Assembly: GCA_031406795.1 (NCBI GenBank)
Contig: JANOHV010000053.1
Coordinates: 1-54,866 of the forward strand
DNA: 54,866 nt
Source of the DNA: Candidatus Rokuibacteriota bacterium
GTDB lineage: Bacteria; JAUVQV01; DATDCY01
Direction of reading: 5' to 3'
In this document: one piece after another, positions 47,668 to 54,866 of the stretch
Layout: every line of letters begins with the position of its first letter
How positions within the stretch are numbered: position 1 is the stretch's first letter
The notes under the pieces: generated by a model
Seen by the model: the letters and a program-made list of their open reading frames with translations, nothing else
Databases searched by the model: none
What the model was told of the DNA's origin: nothing
Position numbers and translations under genes: made by a program

Positions 47668-48804
47668 TTAGGTGTGCTCGGGTGCGGCGAGCACCGGCAG
47701 TTTCTTCACAAAGATCAGGTAGGCCATGATTTCGACCGCGACGATCGCGAGTGTGACCATGATCTCGGGGACCGAGGGGAAGTAGCGCCACCCCGGGGCC
47801 GGCTGGAAGCCGACGATGTACATGTTGAACTTCAGGACCGCGCAGCCGAGCAACAGCACGAAGGAGGCCCGGCAGAGGCTCTTCGCGCTCGTGCGCCTGG
47901 CCGCCGGCATCAGCATCGCCAGCGCGGCAACGAAGAGCAGGTTCTCGATCCAGAACATCAGGCCGGCCGTCCCGGCGAACGCGCTCCCGAGCGCGCCGCG
48001 CAGCAGCAGGTCGGCCCAGCGCACCACCAGGTAGACGATCAGCAGCCCGGGGATCACACCCGCGACCTTCGACAGAAGCGGGGTCTCGAACGGGCGCTTA
48101 AAGGCCACCGCCGAGAGGTAGGACTCGAAGATCACGATCCCGAAACCCATCAGGATCGCCGTGGTCACGTTGTAGAACGGCAGCAGGCCGGACTGCCAGA
48201 GCGGCGAGAGCTTGTCCCCGCTGATCACCATCAGCGTCCCGAGCGAGGACTGGTGCATCGTCGGCAGCAGCACGCCGATCGCGACGAGGATGAACATGAT
48301 CTTGTTGTACCCCTTTGCCGCCCCCGGCCCGCCCCTGGCCTCGATGAAGGTCGGGAAGAACTCGAGAAAGAGGATGCCGACGTACGCCGCGATGCACAGC
48401 GCGACTTCGAGCAGCACCGAGTTGAAGTTCATCAGCGAGGGTTTGAAGATGTTGAACATGTTCCAGTAGCGGCCGATGTCGACGAAGATCGACGCCGCGG
48501 CGAGGGCGTAGCCGAAGAGGCTCGTCATCACCGCGGAGCGCACGAGGGGGTGATACTCCCCCTTGTTGAAAATGTAGACCAGCAGCGCCATCGCGTACCC
48601 GCCGCAGCCGATGGCGGTGCCGACGAGCACGTCGTAGGTGATCCAGATGCCCCAGGGATAGCCGTCGCTCATGTTCGAGACCGCCCCGAGGCCGTACATG
48701 AAGCGCTGGGTGAGGAACCAGGCCCCGATGCCGGCGACGACCAGCGCGATGGCGAACACCCTCGTGAACAGAGGCCCGCCGACGGGCGTGTGTACGTGGC
48801 TCAT
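47668..48804 (-). CDS. hybB: Hydrogenase-2 integral membrane subunit HybB
   Basis: [30 protein letters not shown]. Confidence 0.93.
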   Translation of the reverse strand: MSHVHTPVGGPLFTRVFAIALVVAGIGAWFLTQRFMYGLGAVSNMSDGYPWGIWITYDVLVGTAIGCGGYAMALLVYIFNKGEYHPLVRSAVMTSLFGYALAAASIFVDIGRYWNMFNIFKPSLMNFNSVLLEVALCIAAYVGILFLEFFPTFIEARGGPGAAKGYNKIMFILVAIGVLLPTMHQSSLGTLMVISGDKLSPLWQSGLLPFYNVTTAILMGFGIVIFESYLSAVAFKRPFETPLLSKVAGVIPGLLIVYLVVRWADLLLRGALGSAFAGTAGLMFWIENLLFVAALAMLMPAARRTSAKSLCRASFVLLLGCAVLKFNMYIVGFQPAPGWRYFPSVPEIMVTLAIVAVEIMAYLIFVKKLPVLAAPEHT

Positions 48805-49802
48805 GGCTTGTCCTCCCCCTCGTGGCCCCGGCCGCTCCTGTAGGCGGCAAAGAGCAGCCCCGCCAGGAGCACGCCCGGCGCGATCATCCCCTTGTAGAGG
48901 GTGTGCTGGATGGTTTCGGACTTCGCGGTGAACGATCTCTCGGGCAGCTTCGGCAGCCCGAGCTTGTCGGGGGACACCCCCGAGAGCATGAGGTACTGCG
49001 TGCCGCCGACTTCGTTCACCCCGTAAATATGCTTCTGGTACCGCGCGACCTTGCTGGACACGGTCTTGAACGAGTCGACGCGTTGCTGGGGGTAGTCGTA
49101 GAAGTCGCCCGGCGTCTGGGCGAGGCGCCGCTCGGCTTCCGCCCGCAGATCGGTCACCTTCCCGTAGATCGAGGCCCCGACGGGGCAGAACTCGCAGCAG
49201 GCCGCGTATTTCCCCTCTTTGAGACGATGGTTGCAGAGCTGGCACTTGCGGATCTGGGGGTAGGCCTGGTCCCACTCGAACTTCGGGATGTTGAAGGGAC
49301 AAGCGACCTGGCAGTACCGGCAGCCGATACAGGCGTCCTTGTCGTAGGTAACGATCCCCGTCTTCTTGTCCTTCGTCATCGCCGAGACCGGGCAGGCCGA
49401 GACGCACGCCGGCTCTGCGCAGTGCATGCAGTGCCGTTTCACGAACGTGTAGCCGTCGATCTCGGCGTTCTTCGTATTACCCGTCCCGTTGCGGTAGGTC
49501 AGGATGATGTTCAGGGTCCGGGAGGTGAGATCCGTCGCCATGTCCCAGTTCCTGAGTCCGGGGTTGTATTCGAAGGGGGGCCTGGTCATGCCCTCGGTCC
49601 AGAGGGCGCCCCCCGGCACGCTGTTCTCCCTCTTGCAGGCCACCATGCAGACCTTACACCCGATGCAGAGCGTGGCGTCGAACAGGATTCCGACGGCATC
49701 GGGCGACGGCCCCTTCGCTTCCGACGCGCGGGAGACGCCCGCGTCGGTGGCGAGGAGCAGCCCGCTCGCCGCGGTCAGCTTGAGAAATTCCCGCCTCTTC
49801 AT
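48801..49802 (-). CDS. hybA: Hydrogenase-2 Fe-S subunit HybA
   Basis: MKRREFL Tat motif; CIGCKVC, CMHC, CIGCRYC, CQLC; QHTLYKG C-terminal anchor. Confidence 0.93.
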   Translation of the reverse strand: MKRREFLKLTAASGLLLATDAGVSRASEAKGPSPDAVGILFDATLCIGCKVCMVACKRENSVPGGALWTEGMTRPPFEYNPGLRNWDMATDLTSRTLNIILTYRNGTGNTKNAEIDGYTFVKRHCMHCAEPACVSACPVSAMTKDKKTGIVTYDKDACIGCRYCQVACPFNIPKFEWDQAYPQIRKCQLCNHRLKEGKYAACCEFCPVGASIYGKVTDLRAEAERRLAQTPGDFYDYPQQRVDSFKTVSSKVARYQKHIYGVNEVGGTQYLMLSGVSPDKLGLPKLPERSFTAKSETIQHTLYKGMIAPGVLLAGLLFAAYRSGRGHEGEDKP

Positions 49803-49813
49803 CGCGCGTCTCC

Positions 49814-50953
49814 TTACTTCCTGACTTCCTCGGCCTGGCCCACCTTCTTGGAGGTTGCGAGGCCGGCGCCGACCACGGCGCCCACCACGCCCGCAGCGAT
49901 TGCGGCCGCGGCGGTGGTCACCCCCTTGCCCCCCCCGCCGTCGACGCCGGGGAAGAGGGCGGGCGGCGTGACGTCCAGGTTGTCGAGGCGCGCCGGGGAG
50001 TGCAGCGCCTCGGTGAAGCCCACGTTCTGCTCGGAGCAGCCGAAACAGGGTGCTCCCATGCCGACCGGCCAGGCGCTGGCGCCGACATCGCCGAAACCGA
50101 GCGTCGAGCAGTTGTTGTAGGTCTCCGGCCCCTTGCAGCCGAGCTTGTAGAGGCACCAGCCCTGCTTGTGCCCGTCATCGCCGAATTGCTCCGCGAAATT
50201 ACCGGCGTCGAAGCTCGGCCGGCGCTCGCAGTTCTCGTGGATCAGGCGTCCGTAGGCGAACTTCGGGCGGCCCTTGCCGTCAAGCTCCGGCAGCTTGCCG
50301 AATGTCACGAAATAAAGCACCGCCGAGAGGAAGTTGTAGGGGCTCGGCGGACAGCCGGGGATGTTCATGACAGGGACCTTCACGCCCTTCGCCTGCAAAA
50401 CGGCACTGGCGCTGCTGGCTCCGGTCGGGTTCGGGGAGGCGCTGGGCATCCCGCCCCACGACGAGCAGGAGCCGATCGCGATGACTGCAGCGGCAGAAGA
50501 AGCCGCCTGCGCCAGGTGGTGGACTGCGGTCAGACCGCCGATCCTGCAGTAGATGCCGTCGTCCTTGGTCGGGAAGGATCCTTCCGCGACGCAGATGTAT
50601 TGCCCTTTGTACAAGGTGATCGCATTTTCGCGGGCTTCATTGGCCTGCTGGCCGCAGCCGGCCTGGAGGGTCTCGTGATACTCGAGCGATATCAACTCGA
50701 GGATCAGGTGCTCGAGGGTCGGGTGGGTCGCGCGCAGCAGGGACTCGGTACACCCGGTGCATTCCTGTCCGGAGATCCAGATGACCGGCAGGCGCTTGGC
50801 CGCCGTCGCCGCCTCGGCGATCTGCGCGCCGACGCTCGCATCGAGACCCATATAGACCGCTGCCGCGGTGCAGACTTTCATGAAGTCGCGGCGCGACAAA
50901 CCGCTTCCGAGCGTCCCCCCCGTGTCAACTTCCCGGCATGTCGTGCACTTCAT
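49814..50953 (-). CDS. hybO: [NiFe] hydrogenase small subunit (HybO type)
   Basis: SRRDFMK Tat motif; ECTGC, IGSC, PGCPP, HENC, CLYKLGCKGP, CFGC; C-terminal TM. Confidence 0.94.
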   Translation of the reverse strand: MKCTTCREVDTGGTLGSGLSRRDFMKVCTAAAVYMGLDASVGAQIAEAATAAKRLPVIWISGQECTGCTESLLRATHPTLEHLILELISLEYHETLQAGCGQQANEARENAITLYKGQYICVAEGSFPTKDDGIYCRIGGLTAVHHLAQAASSAAAVIAIGSCSSWGGMPSASPNPTGASSASAVLQAKGVKVPVMNIPGCPPSPYNFLSAVLYFVTFGKLPELDGKGRPKFAYGRLIHENCERRPSFDAGNFAEQFGDDGHKQGWCLYKLGCKGPETYNNCSTLGFGDVGASAWPVGMGAPCFGCSEQNVGFTEALHSPARLDNLDVTPPALFPGVDGGGGKGVTTAAAAIAAGVVGAVVGAGLATSKKVGQAEEVRK

Positions 50954-50959
50954 CTGCGC

Positions 50960-51170
50960 TCCCTCCCTTGTGGAGTTGGTTGTGGCCAAACACGTCATTT
51001 CTACTCCAATCCTGACGTTAGTCAAGCGATTATTCGCGGATGTATACCTGAGCAATTAGTCGGGATAGTGCCGCATAATGCATTTCTATTTCAGTGAGTT
51101 ATACGAATGCTTATATTTTATCGGAGTGGTCGTGAATTGAGGGCACGGAGAATGAGAAAGAAGGAACAAG
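50960..51170 (-). promoter_or_regulatory. AT-rich regulatory region of the hyb operon
   Basis: Sharp GC drop; TTGACT-16 nt-TAGAAA candidate and a GCGA-ATAA-TCGC palindrome just upstream. Confidence 0.4.
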
Positions 51171-51178
51171 CCCGGGGG

Positions 51179-51475
51179 TCAGCTGCGGAGAAACGCGACG
51201 AGAGAACTCAGATCGAACCCCCTGATGCGCGGGAAAGGCGGCATGCTCGTCGCCGGGTTATGAGCTGCGGGATTGCCGATCTGGACGCCCAGCCAGGTGG
51301 CATCGCGCCGGGCGCCGACATCCGACAAGTCGGGCGCGCCCCCGCCGCCGAGTTCGCGGAAGCGATGGCAGTTGCCGCAGCCTTCGCGCAGGAATACCTC
51401 CCTGCCTCGACTCGCGCAGGCGCCGGAGGCGACGATGGCGCCGGCAACCAGGCAGATGCCCACCTTCCGTTTCAC
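51179..51475 (-). CDS. Small monoheme cytochrome c (probable lipoprotein)
   Basis: Signal with SGAC, CGNCH, APDLS.VG, MPPF axial Met. Confidence 0.8.
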   Translation of the reverse strand: MKRKVGICLVAGAIVASGACASRGREVFLREGCGNCHRFRELGGGGAPDLSDVGARRDATWLGVQIGNPAAHNPATSMPPFPRIRGFDLSSLVAFLRS

Positions 51476-51643
51476 GGAAACCGACTATACGCAGGCGCAC
51501 GCCGTTGGGAAAGGGGCGACTGACGACGGTTCGTCATTCTTACTCTGCCGACCGTTGGCCGGAGAATCGGGGCCTGGCGTGTTTTGTCACGCCTGGGTGG
51601 CGCTCGGGCGGAGGACGCGCGGCGGCGCGAAGGCGCAGAGGGC

Positions 51644-51858
51644 ATGCCTACGACTGACCCGGTGATCGTCGGCTTCCTGTGCAGCTGGTCTGGGCGGCCG
51701 CGTCCGAAGGCGCGGTGCTGGCGGCGGCAATCGACCGCATGACCGATCAGCTGCGGACGCTCGGGCCGCTGCAGTGGTGTTGGCGACACGCCATTGACAA
51801 CCCGCGCACCCGACCCGACAATCAACGCTTGGCGGCCGTTGTTCAACGCCCACGGTGA
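51644..51858 (+). pseudogene. mvhD: Internally deleted mvhD (hydrogenase delta Fe-S subunit) remnant
   Basis: MPTTDPVIVGFLCSW (MvhD N-terminus) joined out of frame to VWAAASEGAVLAAAIDRMTDQLRTLGPLQW (MvhD C-terminus). Confidence 0.75.
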
Positions 51859-53474
51859 GCGGTTCGGAAAGGGCCAGCATGACCGACAGCCCACGGCCAG
51901 CAGCCCGGGAAGGGGCTGGCGAATCCCTCGCCGGGCGTCTGCGTCGGCCCGGCTCCTTCACCGTCTGTCTCGCGCTTCGTCCCCATTACGAACTCGAGCC
52001 CGCCCCGACGGAAGCGTTGCGGCTGCGGGTCGCCGGGTGCGCAGCCGGGGGCCTGGTCCAGGGATTCTTCGTCTCCGACGGCCTCCCCGCCGCCGCGGGA
52101 CTCTCTGCGGAGGCGATCGCGGGATTGGTCCTCGAGCACGGCGGCCACCCGGTCATTTCCCTCTCGCTGGCCATGCGTGGCCGTGCGGAGGGCCTGGCGC
52201 GTGCGCGGGCCTGGGGCGCAATGGGCGTGAACAACCTCCTGGTGGTGAGCGGCGATTATCCCGCGGCAGCCCGCGAACACGACTGGTTCGACATCGACAG
52301 CGTGCAGGCCCTGATGCTGCTGCAGGCAGCCGCGGCTCGCCGTGACGGGTTTCCCGCGGACCTGAACACCGGGTGCGTGGTCACACCCTTCAAGCGTCTC
52401 GAGTCGGAGCTGATGTGGCAGTACGCCAGATTACGCCGGAAGGTCGAACTCGGCGCCGCTTTCATCGTGGCGCAGGCCGGCTTCGACCCGCGCGCGTGGG
52501 ATGAATTGGCGCGCTTCTGCCGGCTGGAGCGTCTGGAGCGGCCGGTGATCGGCACTGTGCTCGTTCCCGGGGCGGAACTGGCCCGTCGCATCGGCGCCGG
52601 CGGGCTGCCGGGCGTTTCGATCCCGCCCCGGCTGCTCGAGAAGTTCGCCTCGCCGGATGGCGGTGCGGGGCTTCGCCTCGCCGGCGCGGCCGTGGCAGTG
52701 CTCCGGGGCCTGGGGTACCAGGGTGTGCTGCTCGGCGGGCGTGCGTTGGCCCCCGATGAGGTCCGCCTGATCCTCGAGGAGGCCGAGCGGCTCGCCCCGC
52801 GGTGGGAGGAGTCGCTCGGCGAGTTCAGTGAACCTCTCCCGCGCTTCGCCTATTTCCAAAGAGACGGGAAGACCGGCCTCAACGAGGACCGCCTCGCCGA
52901 GGTGCCGGGACGCACCTGGCACCGGCCGATGTACGGGTTCAGCTACGCGATCGACCTCGTGCTGTTCGGCCCGGTTGAGCCGATCTTCCGCCTGCTCACC
53001 CGCACCTGCAGCTTCTGCGACCGGCGCCCCTTCTGGAATCGGGCGCTCTTCCTGCTGGAGTGGCTCTCGAAGGCCCCGCTGTACCGCTGCCGGATGTGCG
53101 GCGACTGCACCTTGTACGCGTGCGGCTTCTACTGCAGCGAATCAGGATGTCCCAAGCGGATGGTGAACGGGCCGTGCGGGGGCAGTCTCGACGGCAACTG
53201 CGAAGTGCCCGGCGCGGGGACCTGCCTGTGGGTCAAGGTCTACGATCGGCTCAAATCGCGGGTCGAGCGTCCGACATTCACGTCGCCCCCGATCCCGCCG
53301 AAGGATCGGCGCTTGGCGGGATCCTGCTCCTGGATAAATTTCTGCCTCGGCCGCGATCACCGGAAATTGCCGGGCACCCGGGAGGCACTCCGCCCCGGCC
53401 CAGACCCGCGCGTGCGCGCGAATCCAGCAGCGGAGGAGGCATTTCAGCCGCCGAAAAAGCAGGATTTCTTGTAG
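51855..53474 (+). CDS. Methylenetetrahydrofolate reductase-like protein with C-terminal MetV-like Cys-rich domain
   Basis: NLLVVSGDYP, FDIDSV, KVELGA.FIV.Q.GFD; CRMCGDC, CPK...NGPCGG..CEV, C.W; alternative start ATG 51879. Confidence 0.8.
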   Translation: MSGSERASMTDSPRPAAREGAGESLAGRLRRPGSFTVCLALRPHYELEPAPTEALRLRVAGCAAGGLVQGFFVSDGLPAAAGLSAEAIAGLVLEHGGHPVISLSLAMRGRAEGLARARAWGAMGVNNLLVVSGDYPAAAREHDWFDIDSVQALMLLQAAAARRDGFPADLNTGCVVTPFKRLESELMWQYARLRRKVELGAAFIVAQAGFDPRAWDELARFCRLERLERPVIGTVLVPGAELARRIGAGGLPGVSIPPRLLEKFASPDGGAGLRLAGAAVAVLRGLGYQGVLLGGRALAPDEVRLILEEAERLAPRWEESLGEFSEPLPRFAYFQRDGKTGLNEDRLAEVPGRTWHRPMYGFSYAIDLVLFGPVEPIFRLLTRTCSFCDRRPFWNRALFLLEWLSKAPLYRCRMCGDCTLYACGFYCSESGCPKRMVNGPCGGSLDGNCEVPGAGTCLWVKVYDRLKSRVERPTFTSPPIPPKDRRLAGSCSWINFCLGRDHRKLPGTREALRPGPDPRVRANPAAEEAFQPPKKQDFL

Positions 53475-53539
53475 GAAGCACGGAAGCCTGACGCTCCTGA
53501 TCCGCGCGTAACGCGCGGATTGGGGGCCGGCGGCACACG

Positions 53540-53567
53540 TTGACAGGTGCGACAGGAGGTCTACACT
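53540..53567 (+). promoter_or_regulatory. Sigma70-like promoter
   Basis: TTGACA-16 nt-TACACT upstream of 53620. Confidence 0.5.
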
Positions 53568-53619
53568 GAATACCGGCGCGTTTTCGCAGCGCGCTGATGG
53601 AGCGGGGAGGGGGAAGAGC

Positions 53620-54072
53620 ATGGACGTGCTGGCACGGACGAGGGAATTACTGAACAGCCTGGCGGATGTCACCGAATCCGGATCGATGATCGCGCGATAC
53701 AAGATCGAGGTCGCGAACATCGATCGCAAAGTCGGCGTGTTGTTGCGCCGGGTCGGGGAGCGGGCCTGGCAGATTCAGACCGAGAGCCGCACCGAAGTCC
53801 TGGGCGACCCCGACGTCCAGGCCGCCTTCGACGAGGTCCGCCGGCTGCGCGCGCGCTTGGAGGTCATCCGGCAGGACGTCGAGCGCAATCGTTCGCGCGC
53901 GGTCGATGAGGCGCGCAAGGCGGCCAAGATCGTCAAAGCCGGGGCCGGGCGCGCCTCCGCGGTCCTCCGCGAGGAGGGGGGGCGGGCGGTGGCCGCCGCC
54001 AAGCAGGCGGTCGCAACGAAATCCGCGGCGCGGAAGAAATCCCGGAAGGAAACAGCCGACCTGCAGCCTTAG
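53620..54072 (+). CDS. Hypothetical coiled-coil protein with basic tail
   Basis: GGAGG RBS, upstream promoter, heptad-like pattern. Confidence 0.65.
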   Translation: MDVLARTRELLNSLADVTESGSMIARYKIEVANIDRKVGVLLRRVGERAWQIQTESRTEVLGDPDVQAAFDEVRRLRARLEVIRQDVERNRSRAVDEARKAAKIVKAGAGRASAVLREEGGRAVAAAKQAVATKSAARKKSRKETADLQP

Positions 54073-54570
54073 AACCGGCCGGCGCGTTCGAGATTCCTGT
54101 GGAACATGCGCGCGAAGTCGCGCACCGCGGGCGCGCTTTCGAGTTCCTCGACAGTCCAGGGCATCCGCCACACCCAATTGGGCCGCTCGGTCACGGTCCC
54201 CGGCACGTTCTGCTGGTCGATCACCTTGAAGAGGTCTTCCTGCGCGAGCACGAAAAAGCGGCTCGGCGTGGCGCAGAGCAGGGCCACGACAGCATTGTGC
54301 AGCTCGCCATCGGGATCGGCGGGCTCGTCAGAGGAGCCGAGGCGCTCCGGGCCGAGGAGCCCCTGGGAGACGAGCAATTCGAGCAGGCGGCGACGCTCCC
54401 GCCGCCGGTTCGCGAGCGCCAGCTCGAACGCCTGTTCGTCCGGGAAGAGCCCGATCGCGCGGCGCGTCAGCAGGTCGTGGCCGGTCCAAAACCCGGTGAA
54501 CGTGGCCAGGTCATGGGTGGTGATCGAGACCATCGCGTCGCGGGGGTAATCCGCGGGCGCCCGGCAGGAG
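54069..54570 (-). CDS. malQ: 3' part of 4-alpha-glucanotransferase (GH77)
   Basis: TTHDLAT..GFW, QEDL....QNVPGT...PNW.WRM. Confidence 0.8.
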
Positions 54571-54866
54571 GAGCTACTCGGGATCCTCGCGCTCGAGAGC
54601 GTGCGCAACCGCACGGTGATCGTCGGCGAGGACCTCGGCGTCGTCCCCGACGGCTTTCGCGAAACCATGGCCGCCGAGGGCCTCTGTTCCTGCCGCCTGC
54701 TCTGGTTCGAGCGCCACGACGACGGCTCCTGCCGGGCGCCCGCGGATTACCCCCGCGACGCGATGGTCTCGATCACCACCCATGACCTGGCCACGGTCAC
54801 CGGGTTTTGGACCGGCCACGACCTGCTGACGCGCCGCGCGATCGGGCTCTTCCCGGACGAACAGGC
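54568..54866 (+). other. malQ: Inverted internal malQ segment (fold-back)
   Basis: Plus strand reads ELLGILALESVRNRTVIVGEDLG...THDLAT; 54726-54866 is the reverse complement of 54430-54570 (1 mismatch). Confidence 0.85.

Noticed and set aside
181-54819. Numerous long antisense or alternate-frame Arg/Gly/Pro-rich ORFs (e.g. 24896-27958 -, 10039-11739 +, 45858-47429 +)
   Set aside because: Shadow ORFs expected at high GC; they overlap well-supported genes and have no recognisable motifs
1-54866. Sec machinery (selA/B/C/D), rRNA/tRNA genes, transposases, defence systems
   Set aside because: None recognised in this window

Overview
GC-rich bacterial window whose gene content resembles anaerobic, Deltaproteobacteria/Geobacter-like organisms (taxonomy inferred, not determined). 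Left part: gap-pgk-tpiA-secG, a peptide ABC transporter, larC/larB, a P-type ATPase, gmk, a YchF paralogue, glucokinase and a ycbB/ycbK-like pair. Middle: a CHASE2 cyclase + FecR/TPR/beta-barrel receptor + small Cys-hairpin protein module, then ferritin and an MFS transporter. Right part: hyp maturation genes, a multiheme cytochrome/FeS/NrfD redox module, an ImcH-like cytochrome, a Hyb-type [NiFe] hydrogenase operon (hybO-A-B-C-D), an mvhD remnant, a MetF-like gene and a folded-back malQ end. Top observation: the hydrogenase large subunit has an in-frame TGA exactly at the second (bridging) Cys of the N-terminal RxCGxC Ni-binding motif. A SECIS-like hairpin follows immediately, and the C-terminal DPCxxC motif, where canonical [NiFeSe] enzymes carry Sec, is all-Cys. 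This suggests a hydrogenase with selenocysteine at a non-canonical position. Also notable: a SERCA-like ATPase lacking its membrane carboxylate ion ligands, three families of small repeats/MITEs, and many apparently leaderless genes. All product calls come from motifs read by eye; no database searches were run.
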